DNA of 60,610 nt from Escherichia phage Pondi, in the sequence record OP136151.1; one strand, 5' to 3'. Position 1 is the first letter of the stretch; every line of letters starts with the position of its first letter. A program made the position numbers and the translations under genes. Under the pieces are notes generated by a model. That model ran no database searches and was not told where the DNA came from. It saw only the letters and a list, made by a program, of their open reading frames with translations. This document shows positions 34,964 to 43,688 of the stretch, in pieces.

Positions 34964-36139
34964 ATGGAACACTTTATAACCGGACCGTCGAGTGCCGAAT
35001 TGTGGTCGAACTGTAAAGCCTATCTCCAGATGCGCCGCAACTGCCCGGAAGAAGAATCCGGGTACGCGGCCCAGGAAGGTACTACCGCTCACCACTTTTC
35101 AGAAGAAGCAATCAAGCGCGGTCATTACGATGTTCATCAATTTGTTGGACAAGTCTATGACCGCACAGGGATAGAATGCACTGAGGAAATGGCAGAGTTC
35201 TGCAACGTGTACACTGGCCGCGTCAAGCAACTAGTCGACATGTGTAGCGCTTTGGATGTTCCGGTCGACATTAGATCGGAGTATCGGGTCGACCTGACCC
35301 ACATTCACCCAGGCTTCTTCGGCACCCGAGATTTACATGCGATTGCGATACACAGTAACTGGGCCATTGTTGCGGATCTAAAATTCGGCAGGACGTTTGT
35401 GTCGGCTGAAGATAACCGCCAGCTAATGTGCTATGCGCTGGACATCGTATTGCGTTACCCGAACGTGGAGGAAGTACGCTTTGAAATCATCCAGCCACGC
35501 TGCCTCGGCGCAACGGGAGCAATACGCACAGCAACGTATACGCGTGCTGAACTGGAGTTATTTGCAGGTGTGGCGGCAGAATATCAAACCGCTAACCACA
35601 GCAACGAAATCCAGTTAGCAACCGCTGGCCCACACTGTATCTGGTGTGAAGCTATCGGTCGGTGCCGCGCTAATGCTGAGTATGTCATGAGCATGGCTGA
35701 GCCAGTGAAGTTTAACCCGAACCTGCTGTCGTCGGACGAAGTTCAGAAAATCATCAAACAATCAAAATTGGTGAAGAATTTTATTGACGGGGCGTACCAG
35801 TGGGGATTACAGTTAGCGCGTCAAGGCACGGTGATGAAAGACCTGAAGATGGTCAAAGTAAAATCCAGGGAAGCGCCTAAGAAAAACATCACGGTCGAGG
35901 AAGCGGCCAAAGCAATTAAGCTGGTGACCGGGATGGAACCAGACATGGACAAGATAGCACCGCGTAAGATTGGGGCGCTGTCAGAAATAAGGAAGACGTA
36001 CGGTGACGCCGTGGCTAAGATGCTGAGCGAACCGAAAACCGAAACGTTGGCGCTACGTGGTATCGAAGAAGCTGGTACCCCGGAACAAAGCCCGATGATG
36101 ATTGCACTAAACCAACCTATTACAAAACTGGAGAAGTAA
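34964..36139 (+). CDS. PD-(D/E)XK exonuclease, Cas4/RecB-like with Fe-S cluster cysteines, 391 aa
   Basis: Nuclease motifs GTRDLHAI and IVADLKFG (D...D-x-K); one N-terminal Cys plus CIWCEAIGRC as in Cas4/AddB Fe-S domains. Confidence 0.6.
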   Translation: MEHFITGPSSAELWSNCKAYLQMRRNCPEEESGYAAQEGTTAHHFSEEAIKRGHYDVHQFVGQVYDRTGIECTEEMAEFCNVYTGRVKQLVDMCSALDVPVDIRSEYRVDLTHIHPGFFGTRDLHAIAIHSNWAIVADLKFGRTFVSAEDNRQLMCYALDIVLRYPNVEEVRFEIIQPRCLGATGAIRTATYTRAELELFAGVAAEYQTANHSNEIQLATAGPHCIWCEAIGRCRANAEYVMSMAEPVKFNPNLLSSDEVQKIIKQSKLVKNFIDGAYQWGLQLARQGTVMKDLKMVKVKSREAPKKNITVEEAAKAIKLVTGMEPDMDKIAPRKIGALSEIRKTYGDAVAKMLSEPKTETLALRGIEEAGTPEQSPMMIALNQPITKLEK

Positions 36140-36142
36140 TTA

Positions 36143-37183
36143 ATGGCTATTCAAAACTCTGCTGATCAATTCCTGACTGGTACTGGCATCCTGGTATCCG
36201 GCGACCCGTTCCGCGCTAACACCACTGGCTTCCAGGGCGTTGCGCTGAAGGACGGTCGTGAGGAATATTTTTGCGCAGTGGCCTTCCCGAAAGACCAGCC
36301 AGCGGCCACGCGCTTTGATGAACTGTATGCGCTGATGCAACAGGAAGCGGCTAAGCATAAATACGCTGCGTCATATCAGGCGACTCAGTGGGTAGGTTTC
36401 CACTGGAAGATGGAAGATGGCGACGCTCCGCAAAACGTGAACAAGCCTGGTTGGAAAGGTTGCTGGGTTATCAAATTCAAGAACGGCTTCCAGCCACAGG
36501 TGTTCGACGTCGATCAGTCTGCGGTACCGTCTCCGTACAACGACACCGTTGGTCCTGACGGTAAGAAAGTGCAACAGCTTAAAGGCGCTCACACTTTCCC
36601 GTGCGGCCACTATGTTCGCGTGCTGTGCTCTATCAAGTGCAACGACTCAGCACCACCGCAGTCCGGCATCTACATTAACTTCCACATGATTCAGCGTGTG
36701 GGTTACGGTACGCCGATCGTGAGCGGTCCTGACTACACCAGCATTCTGAATCAGGCACCTGCGGCATCACTGGCTGGCATGAGCACTATGCCTGTAGGCG
36801 GTACTACTCCGGCGATGAGTGCACAACCGGGTATGCCTCCGGCTGCTGGCGGGATGCCTGGTTTACCTGGCGCTGGTATGCCTCCGGCAACTCCCGCTGC
36901 TCCGGTTGTTCCGGGTGCTGGTCTACCTCCTGCTGCTCCTGCACCTGCCGCCGCTCCTGCTGTACCTCCTGCTGCGCCTGTAGCACCGACGCCGCAGAGC
37001 CGCATGATTGCGACTGATTACACTTACGATCAGTACATCTCAAGCGGCTGGACAGAAGAAGCCCTGGTCGCTAACGGTAAGATGCAACCTGCGGCAGCCG
37101 CAGCACCGATGGCACCTCCGGCAGCACCGATGGCACCTCCGGCTGCACCTGCTGCACCTGGCGGACACCCTTACAACGCGTAA
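36143..37183 (+). CDS. Putative ssDNA-binding protein (DUF2815-like), 346 aa, Pro/Ala-rich C-terminal tail
   Basis: Sits immediately after the Cas4-like exonuclease, a pairing recalled from other phages; long PAAGGMPGLPGAGMPP tail; assignment from memory. Confidence 0.35.
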   Translation: MAIQNSADQFLTGTGILVSGDPFRANTTGFQGVALKDGREEYFCAVAFPKDQPAATRFDELYALMQQEAAKHKYAASYQATQWVGFHWKMEDGDAPQNVNKPGWKGCWVIKFKNGFQPQVFDVDQSAVPSPYNDTVGPDGKKVQQLKGAHTFPCGHYVRVLCSIKCNDSAPPQSGIYINFHMIQRVGYGTPIVSGPDYTSILNQAPAASLAGMSTMPVGGTTPAMSAQPGMPPAAGGMPGLPGAGMPPATPAAPVVPGAGLPPAAPAPAAAPAVPPAAPVAPTPQSRMIATDYTYDQYISSGWTEEALVANGKMQPAAAAAPMAPPAAPMAPPAAPAAPGGHPYNA

Positions 37184-37229
37184 CCAACCCACGGCCCCGC
37201 AAGGGGCCAACACTGAAGAGGAAAACACC

Positions 37230-37541
37230 ATGTACAACGAGAAAGAATTGAAAGCTGCTTTAGAATCACAATACAACGATCAAGCTAAAGTCAAGCAGAC
37301 CCTGACCGATGAACTTCAGGATCATCTGAATAACATCTCTATGAGTCAGGACCGTATCGAATGTCTGCTTGATGCTGTGTACGGTCGTATCTTCGGCAAC
37401 AATCCGACAACGGCTGGGACAGTCGGAGAACCTGTAGCTGATGGTACAAGTCTCGTCAGTCTGAACCGTCAAGCACGCGATCTGTCGGTCAAGCTGAACG
37501 AAATGGGCGACAAACTGACGTACCTGCTTAATAGCCTGTAA
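37230..37541 (+). CDS. Hypothetical protein, 103 aa
   Basis: Internal ATG with GAAGAGGAAAA upstream. Confidence 0.45.
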   Translation: MYNEKELKAALESQYNDQAKVKQTLTDELQDHLNNISMSQDRIECLLDAVYGRIFGNNPTTAGTVGEPVADGTSLVSLNRQARDLSVKLNEMGDKLTYLLNSL

Positions 37542-37568
37542 CAATCCCCACGCCACGGATGGCGTTTT

Positions 37569-38249
37569 ATGGAATCCGAAATCATGGCACAACGAATCGC
37601 TGCAATACACCTCATCCCCGCCAACTCTGCATTAGGTTCCCCCATTATCGCTGCATCCATCTCAATCTTCGGTGAAGAGAAACACCGCTACGATTACGTG
37701 TTGCAGGACTGGGAGAAAGTTACAGACCACTACGGTGATGACGTTTTCAAAAAGTTCATTTACTCCAACGTGCAGACGCTGGTAAACTCCGGGGCCGAAT
37801 TGATTGGTGCCAATATGATGGCCTCCCGCATCGTCGGTCGCCAGACTCAGCACCAGTGCAACGCTACCATCTGGCAGAATCACTACGAGTCACACGTCAG
37901 CCACTACGCTTATCTGTACGCGGTGACGAATGACAAGAAGCAACTGATGCTGAAGGGTCACAACTTTGACGGCTCGACACTTAACGCGGCCAACCGTTTT
38001 GTGGCTGAGCAAGAACGCAGTATCCCGACGATGACCGATAGCCCGGACAAAGGTCTGATGATGTTGGAAGAACTTTTCTACAAAGCTAAGAAGCTGCTGG
38101 GGCATGACGTTGACAGTCCGAACGTGAAGATCCTGAAGACTGCCGCACCGTCACTGGCGACACCATCGTTACCACCGAAGCTACCGGGCGCACCAGGTTT
38201 ACCACCACTGCCGGGCGCACCAGGTTTACCACCGCTGCCGAAAATGTAA
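37569..38249 (+). CDS. Hypothetical protein, 226 aa, C-terminal LPGAPGLPPLP repeats
   Basis: ORF directly upstream of DNA polymerase; tandem LPGAPGLPPLP x2 at C-terminus. Confidence 0.5.
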   Translation: MESEIMAQRIAAIHLIPANSALGSPIIAASISIFGEEKHRYDYVLQDWEKVTDHYGDDVFKKFIYSNVQTLVNSGAELIGANMMASRIVGRQTQHQCNATIWQNHYESHVSHYAYLYAVTNDKKQLMLKGHNFDGSTLNAANRFVAEQERSIPTMTDSPDKGLMMLEELFYKAKKLLGHDVDSPNVKILKTAAPSLATPSLPPKLPGAPGLPPLPGAPGLPPLPKM

Positions 38250-38258
38250 GGACTTAAA

Positions 38259-40466
38259 ATGGATGCTCGCGATTACACCTACGACATAGAGACGTACCCG
38301 AATACGTTTACCTTCAGTGCTCGTCACGTTGCGACAGGTAACCGTTATCGCTACGAAATCTCTGACCGCCGCGATGACCGGGAGAAGATGTTCTACTTCC
38401 TGAACTACCTGCGGAATAACGATCAGCGTATGGTGGGATTCAACAACCTGTGGTTCGACTGGGAAGTGGTCCAGTGGATCTATGAGAATCCCTGGTGTTC
38501 AGTCGCGGGTATCTACAATAAGGCCATGTCCCGCATCAAAGGTGATAACGCTTATCCGATGTGGGCCGACGCTCGACTCGTCAAGCAGATTGACCTACTG
38601 AAGATTCACCACTATGACAACAAGGCGAAGGCTACCAGCCTGAAGTCGCTTGAGATTGCCATGCGCATGAAGCAGGTGGAAGACCTGCCGTTCCCGGTCG
38701 GTACCCATCTCACCAACGAACAGAAAGATATTCTGTGGGCTTACAACGACCACGATGTTGATGCCACCACCGACTTCTACATCAAGTCCTACGACATGAT
38801 TGCGTTCCGTGAAGAACTGTCCGAGAAATATGGGTCGGACTTCATGAACCTGAACGATACGAAGATCGGCAGTGAGGTATTGATTCACGCCCTGGAGAAA
38901 GCCGGGGTGCAGTGCTACGGCAAACTCGGTGGTAAGCGTGTGCCGCGCCAGACTCCGCGCTCACAAATCGCACTGGCCGAGTGCATCCTGCCTTACATCC
39001 GCCTGGAACATCCGGCATTCCAGATGGTGCAGAAATACCTGATGGAGCAGACCATCAAGGAAACTAAAGGTGTGTTCTCCGACATCCGGTGTACACCTGA
39101 GATGGTCAAGTGGATGGACCCGAAGCGTGTGAAGGTCTGGCTGAAGGGTGTTAAGAAGCCACGCCGCCTGGCGCATATTCCGGCTGACGCTGACCTGACA
39201 GGGGCGAAGTTTGTGGCGGTCAGCTTGCATTGTCGCATCGACGGCTTTAACTATGACTTCGGTACCGGGGGATTGCACGCATCCCTCCACCGTCAGATTG
39301 TGCGTACCGGTAATGGTTTTACCATCGTCGACCTGGACGTGGCAAGTTACTATCCGAACCTGTCAATCAAGAACCGCATCTTCCCGGCGCACCTGTCAGA
39401 AGTTTACTGCGACGTATCGGAGTTCTTGTTTGACGAACGTAACCGCGTAGGTAAAAAGACAATGATGGGTGGCGCGTACAAGCTGGCCCTCAACGGTACG
39501 TATGGTAACAGCAACAACGAATACAGCGTGTTCTATGACCCGATGTACACCATGAAGATCACAATCAACGGGCAGCTTTCTCTGTGTATGCTGGTTGAGC
39601 AATTGCTGAAGGTACCGGGGTTACAGATGATTCAGTGTAACACTGACGGTATCACCTTCCATTGCCCTGACCAGTACCTGGAGCACGCCAACAATCTGCG
39701 CGTGTGGTGGGAGCAGGTTACCAAACTGGAACTGGAAGAGAACCGCTATGACCGCTTCTTTATCCGTGACGTGAACTCATACATCGCCGAGTACAGTGAA
39801 GGCTACTACAATCCTGAGAAGCCAGACAGCCGCTACAAGCGTAAGGGCGCATACGAATACAAACGTGAGTGGCATAAAGATCACTCCGCCCTGGTGGTGC
39901 AGAAGGCGGTTGAAGCGCGCATGGTCCACGGTGCTGACATGACGTCATTCATTATCAACCACCGTGACGAGTTTGACTTTATGATCCGTGGTAAGGTCAA
40001 CCGTGACTCGTCGCTGCATCTGGTTTACCCGGACGGCCACGAAGAGAAGTTGTCCAACACTATCCGGTATTACGTCACGCAGTCCGGCGGCACACTGATT
40101 AAGCGCACGGCACCGAAGGGTACGCCCGGAACGTGGAAGCGTAAGAACAAACTGACGGACCAGTATTACGACAGCGTGGTTGCGGAACTACAAGCGTCAG
40201 TACGGGACACCACCACGTACGCGGGTAAAGCCGGGATATTGAATGACGGGCGTATGGTTGCTATTGACGCTGCCGGGGTACCGCACGACGAGCGCATCCA
40301 CACGAAGAATAAAAGTCAGTGGGGCCTGGTAACTGAGTCCAACATGTGTTCCGGTCAGACCGTGGCCGACTGTAGCGACTTCAGCAAGTTCGACTGGAGC
40401 AAGGTTAACTATCTGTGGTACGTGTTTGAAGCGTGCAAATTATTAATTGTCGACAAAAAGACTTGA
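38259..40466 (+). CDS. Family B DNA polymerase with N-terminal 3'-5' exonuclease domain, 735 aa
   Basis: Exo I YDIETY, Exo II FNNLWFDWEVV, motif A DVASYYPNLSI, motif B KLALNGTYGN, motif C CNTDGI; motifs closest to phi29-type PolB. Confidence 0.8.
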   Translation: MDARDYTYDIETYPNTFTFSARHVATGNRYRYEISDRRDDREKMFYFLNYLRNNDQRMVGFNNLWFDWEVVQWIYENPWCSVAGIYNKAMSRIKGDNAYPMWADARLVKQIDLLKIHHYDNKAKATSLKSLEIAMRMKQVEDLPFPVGTHLTNEQKDILWAYNDHDVDATTDFYIKSYDMIAFREELSEKYGSDFMNLNDTKIGSEVLIHALEKAGVQCYGKLGGKRVPRQTPRSQIALAECILPYIRLEHPAFQMVQKYLMEQTIKETKGVFSDIRCTPEMVKWMDPKRVKVWLKGVKKPRRLAHIPADADLTGAKFVAVSLHCRIDGFNYDFGTGGLHASLHRQIVRTGNGFTIVDLDVASYYPNLSIKNRIFPAHLSEVYCDVSEFLFDERNRVGKKTMMGGAYKLALNGTYGNSNNEYSVFYDPMYTMKITINGQLSLCMLVEQLLKVPGLQMIQCNTDGITFHCPDQYLEHANNLRVWWEQVTKLELEENRYDRFFIRDVNSYIAEYSEGYYNPEKPDSRYKRKGAYEYKREWHKDHSALVVQKAVEARMVHGADMTSFIINHRDEFDFMIRGKVNRDSSLHLVYPDGHEEKLSNTIRYYVTQSGGTLIKRTAPKGTPGTWKRKNKLTDQYYDSVVAELQASVRDTTTYAGKAGILNDGRMVAIDAAGVPHDERIHTKNKSQWGLVTESNMCSGQTVADCSDFSKFDWSKVNYLWYVFEACKLLIVDKKT

Positions 40467-40491
40467 CGGTGAATTGCTGGCGGGGTACATT
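40463..40491 (+). promoter_or_regulatory. Promoter candidate (TTGACG-17-TACATT) inside an 8-bp inverted repeat (CTTGACGG...CCGTCAAG)
   Basis: -35 overlaps the polymerase stop codon; inverted repeat 40462..40469 / 40496..40503. Confidence 0.3.
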
Positions 40492-40642
40492 AGCCCCGTC
40501 AAGTAAACCAGTTAGGAAAATACAATGGCTATCTTATGGCTTAACGATTTACGGAAGTGTGGCGAGCACGGTCATTACAGTGCTAAACGGTGGGGTGAAG
40601 ATTGCCCTGTATGTAGTGGTAAAATCGGTCGTAAAAAGGGGA

Positions 40643-41092
40643 ATGAAAAAGATGAGCATTAATCCGATCAAAGCTGAAGATGGGAAAGTGGAAGTTGAGT
40701 CTGAAGTGATGGGTTGCAAGCGTGTCGAGTCGGCCAGCACCGAACTGTACCGCAGTATCCCGTTCGCTATCCTGCAACGTCGCATCCACCGTCAGAATCG
40801 TCAGATGGGTTGGTGGGATAAGCCGCGTGAAATGGGTACCCTGTTGTGCCTGGTGCACAGCGAGATCTCTGAAGCGATGGAAGGTGCACGTAAGAACCTG
40901 ATGGATGACCACCTGCCACACCGCTCCATGATGGAAGTGGAACTGGCCGACGCAATCATCCGCATTCTCGACATCGCCGAAAGCGAAAACCTGGATGTGA
41001 TCGGGGCCATCATTGAGAAGGTTGCTTACAACCGTAAGCGTGCCGACCATCAACCTGGCGCTCGCGCTGAAGCACATGGGAAGAAATTCTGA
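40643..41092 (+). CDS. mazG: MazG-like nucleoside triphosphate pyrophosphohydrolase, about 149 aa
   Basis: LVHSEISEAMEGARK...EVELADAIIRILDIAESENLDVIGAIIEKVAYNRKRA matches the all-alpha MazG/dimeric dUTPase motif. Confidence 0.6.
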   Translation: MKKMSINPIKAEDGKVEVESEVMGCKRVESASTELYRSIPFAILQRRIHRQNRQMGWWDKPREMGTLLCLVHSEISEAMEGARKNLMDDHLPHRSMMEVELADAIIRILDIAESENLDVIGAIIEKVAYNRKRADHQPGARAEAHGKKF

Positions 41093-41610
41093 TGGCTGAC
41101 CAAACTTTAACAAGTTGGTGTGCTGGTTGCGGTACATTTCACAAAGCTGACGAATGTCCGTGGAAGCCTGCGGTCAGTGGTATATATGAACACTACGCGC
41201 CGCACGTTGTTGCACCTAACGTTAACCCGCATCACCATGAAATTACTAAAGGATGTACGCTGTGCGGCGGACCACATTCGGTAATGTTCTGTCCGCTCAC
41301 ACCACCTTATGTCCACAACGGTGGGTCCGTCAGTACGGCGGTGTTCAAAGCAGATCCTGCGGTCGAACATGTACCGCTGAAAGACACGCCTGTCAATCCG
41401 TGGGATAACCAGGTGGGCGGCCAGCACTATAAGAAAGGTATTCAGCCTTTCGAATATGCAATGGCGAATAACCTGAGTAGCCTGGAGTTCAGCGTGGTTA
41501 AATACCTGCGCAAGACAGGCGACAAGGCGAAGCGTCTGGAAGATTTGAACAAGGCGAAAGACTGCCTGGAAAAATTAATCTGGTGGGAAGAACATGACGG
41601 CAAAATTTAA
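41092..41610 (+). CDS. Cys/His-rich protein with C-terminal DUF3310-like domain, 172 aa
   Basis: C-terminal QHYKKGIQPFEYAMANNL...VVKYLRKTGDKAKRLEDLNKAKDCLEKLI resembles DUF3310 (HYK...KY..R...DL.KA); N-terminal CxxC/CxxC/His cluster. Confidence 0.5.
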   Translation: MADQTLTSWCAGCGTFHKADECPWKPAVSGIYEHYAPHVVAPNVNPHHHEITKGCTLCGGPHSVMFCPLTPPYVHNGGSVSTAVFKADPAVEHVPLKDTPVNPWDNQVGGQHYKKGIQPFEYAMANNLSSLEFSVVKYLRKTGDKAKRLEDLNKAKDCLEKLIWWEEHDGKI

Positions 41611-42448
41611 AGTCACCGCGTTCACGGTCGAGAAGGAACTCGACCTGTCGAAGCCGAATGAGGATGCGTACTTCAAACCGTGCACTGCCGGGAACGAAGA
41701 AAGCATTGGCCTCATCGCGGCTAACCCTATGCAGGATGAGATGACCTGGATACACAAGGGTATCACCTTCCTACAGTTCCAGTACCAGAAACGCAAGGTA
41801 CCAGACAAATGGTTGCGTGCTGAGTTCGCTCGCCGCACCAAAGATAAAACCTTCAACCGGGATGAGGCCAATACCATTTATGAACAAGTTAAAGCGGAAA
41901 TGTGGGAGAATGTACTGCCTTCTAACGACTACGGCTGGGTGGCGTATGATCCAGATCGAGATGCTCTTTTTGTGGGCGCTTCTCCCCGTGTGGTTGAAAA
42001 GGTCACGCAACTCTTACGCCAGGCGTTTAACAGCCTGCCGATCGAAAGTTATCTCCAACCTACGGCGTTTTGTCAAATGGTACGAGCTACGCTGAATATC
42101 GACCGGGAAGATGAGCACCCGCTGGAACTGGGCGACAGTCTGGACCTGTACGGTGCTTTCAAAGCTACAGCAACCTTCCGCAAAATGGACAACCTGTCAG
42201 GTAACGATAAGGTGTTTTCCACGCTGAAGGACTTCCCGAATGTGCAGGCGGCCAACTTCACGTACGCTGGTGACGAAGGTTATTTTGCGTGTACCCGGTA
42301 CACCGACATGGTGATCCCGTACGAAAAGGATAAGGAAGCTGATGACTGCGGCGACATCCTGTTGCAGTACGACAAGGCCAGTCAGTATCTTGACATACTC
42401 GCTGAAGTTTGCGAGCCATACGTAACTGAAAAAGGAGCGAAGCTATGA
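41594..42448 (+). CDS. rdgC: RdgC-like recombination-associated protein (putative), 284 aa
   Basis: N-terminal pattern MTAKFKVTAF...FKPCTAGNEE and a C-terminal DREDE segment recall E. coli RdgC; from memory. Confidence 0.35.
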   Translation: MTAKFKVTAFTVEKELDLSKPNEDAYFKPCTAGNEESIGLIAANPMQDEMTWIHKGITFLQFQYQKRKVPDKWLRAEFARRTKDKTFNRDEANTIYEQVKAEMWENVLPSNDYGWVAYDPDRDALFVGASPRVVEKVTQLLRQAFNSLPIESYLQPTAFCQMVRATLNIDREDEHPLELGDSLDLYGAFKATATFRKMDNLSGNDKVFSTLKDFPNVQAANFTYAGDEGYFACTRYTDMVIPYEKDKEADDCGDILLQYDKASQYLDILAEVCEPYVTEKGAKL

Positions 42449-42975
42449 CAAGTATAAATGAAATTATCGACGAGATTATTCGCGTTGAAGGTGGATATGT
42501 AGACCATCCGAATGATCCGGGCGGTGCTACCAAATATGGCATCACTGAAAAGGTTGCCCGTGCTGCTGGGTATAAAGACCATATGAAAGACTTACCGTAT
42601 GGTATCGCACGTAACATCTACTACACTGACTATGTGGTTAAACCGGGTTTCGACAAGCTGGCTGAGATCAACGCTGACATCGCGGCTGAAGTGGTAGACA
42701 CTGGCGTGAACATGGGTCCGACGGTGGCTGGTAAATTCCTCCAGCGTGCACTCAACGCTGTGTCAGGCGCTGGCCTCGTAGTGGACGGTGCTGTCGGTAA
42801 GCGTACAGTGAATGCCCTCGCAGACTTCCTGCGTTCACGCGGTAGCGTTGGCGCTAAAGTATTACTGAAAATGCTTAACAGTCTCCAGTGCGTACGGTAT
42901 ATTGAGCTTACCGAAAGTAACGCCAAAAACCGCTCATTCATTTATGGATGGGTCGCCAACCGCGTGAACATCTAA
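42445..42975 (+). CDS. Endolysin: glycoside hydrolase family 108 domain plus peptidoglycan-binding domain, 176 aa
   Basis: N-terminal EGGYVDHPNDPGGATKYGIT is the GH108 signature; C-terminal PG_binding_3-like region; AAAGGAG RBS. Confidence 0.8.
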   Translation: MTSINEIIDEIIRVEGGYVDHPNDPGGATKYGITEKVARAAGYKDHMKDLPYGIARNIYYTDYVVKPGFDKLAEINADIAAEVVDTGVNMGPTVAGKFLQRALNAVSGAGLVVDGAVGKRTVNALADFLRSRGSVGAKVLLKMLNSLQCVRYIELTESNAKNRSFIYGWVANRVNI

Positions 42976-43031
42976 GCGGCCAGTCGAGGTCGTCAATCCC
43001 GGCAAGGACGCCAATGTAAGGAGCTTAACAG

Positions 43032-43265
43032 ATGGACAAATCCAAAGCGCTGCACGACGCTGGTATCACTATCGGTATCGCTGTGACCACCGTGTTAACC
43101 ACGGTACCGGACGCCGCGTTAGTAGTGTGGCAGACTGCCCCGCATTTATTCCAGGCTGTGGTACCGGAAGAATATCTCCCGGTCGTGTCTGGTGTCATTA
43201 CTTTACTGGTGGCAATCAGTCGCGTCATCAAAGCTAAGAAAGCTAAGGCGGAGAAGAATGGCTAA
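43032..43265 (+). CDS. Holin (class II-like, two TM helices), 77 aa
   Basis: Two hydrophobic helices and Lys-rich C-terminus, immediately downstream of endolysin. Confidence 0.55.
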   Translation: MDKSKALHDAGITIGIAVTTVLTTVPDAALVVWQTAPHLFQAVVPEEYLPVVSGVITLLVAISRVIKAKKAKAEKNG

Positions 43266-43458
43266 GGGACTCCGTATTACCAGACGTGAAGGTCAGAGCG
43301 TCTACATCGGTAACGATATTGTCGTGACGGTAGAGAACTCCGAGAACGGTAACGTCGGTCTACGCATTTCCGCACCGTCGGATGTAGGTATTCACCGCGA
43401 TCCTGACCGTGTACCTGTGCAGTTAAAAATTGCAGCGAGTATTAAAAAGGGGCGTTAA
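43258..43458 (+). CDS. csrA: CsrA/RsmA-like RNA-binding protein (carbon storage regulator homologue), 66 aa
   Basis: MAKGLRITRREGQSVYIGNDIVVTVEN...GNVGLRISAPSDVGIHRD aligns with E. coli CsrA [25 protein letters not shown]...VRIGVNAPKEVSVHRE; GGAG RBS; overlaps holin 3' end. Confidence 0.65.
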   Translation: MAKGLRITRREGQSVYIGNDIVVTVENSENGNVGLRISAPSDVGIHRDPDRVPVQLKIAASIKKGR

Positions 43459-43470
43459 GCCCCTTTGTTT
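43444..43470. terminator. Bidirectional rho-independent terminator
   Basis: A5, stem GGGGC/GCCCC with GTTAA loop containing the csrA-like stop codon, then TTTGTTT; sits between convergent genes. Confidence 0.65.
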
Positions 43471-43688
43471 ACTAAGCGTTCCACTTCTTCCCTCAAGTGC
43501 TCGATAGTCTGTTCCGCCCTCGCCAGTTTAGCCGACAGCAAAACAATCCTTTCGTTCGTGGCCTCTTCCGCAGCTTCCTTCTTACGTTCGTTGTGAAGAT
43601 TCAACGCATGGCGCACCAGGTTGAATAACACAGCGATGGCAATGAAAGGTAACGGCGCATCCACAGGAATTGAACTAAGTTCGAACAT
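43455..43688 (-). CDS. Membrane-anchored coiled-coil protein, 77 aa (i-spanin-like)
   Basis: N-terminal TM helix PFIAIAVLFNLV followed by charged helical ERKKEAAEEATNERIVLLSAKLARAEQ. Confidence 0.4.
   Translation of the reverse strand: MFELSSIPVDAPLPFIAIAVLFNLVRHALNLHNERKKEAAEEATNERIVLLSAKLARAEQTIEHLREEVERLVNKGA

Noticed and set aside
40525-40662. 45-aa zinc-ribbon-like micro-ORF upstream of mazG
   Set aside because: Weak RBS, overlaps the mazG start region in another frame; cannot be distinguished from chance without expression data.
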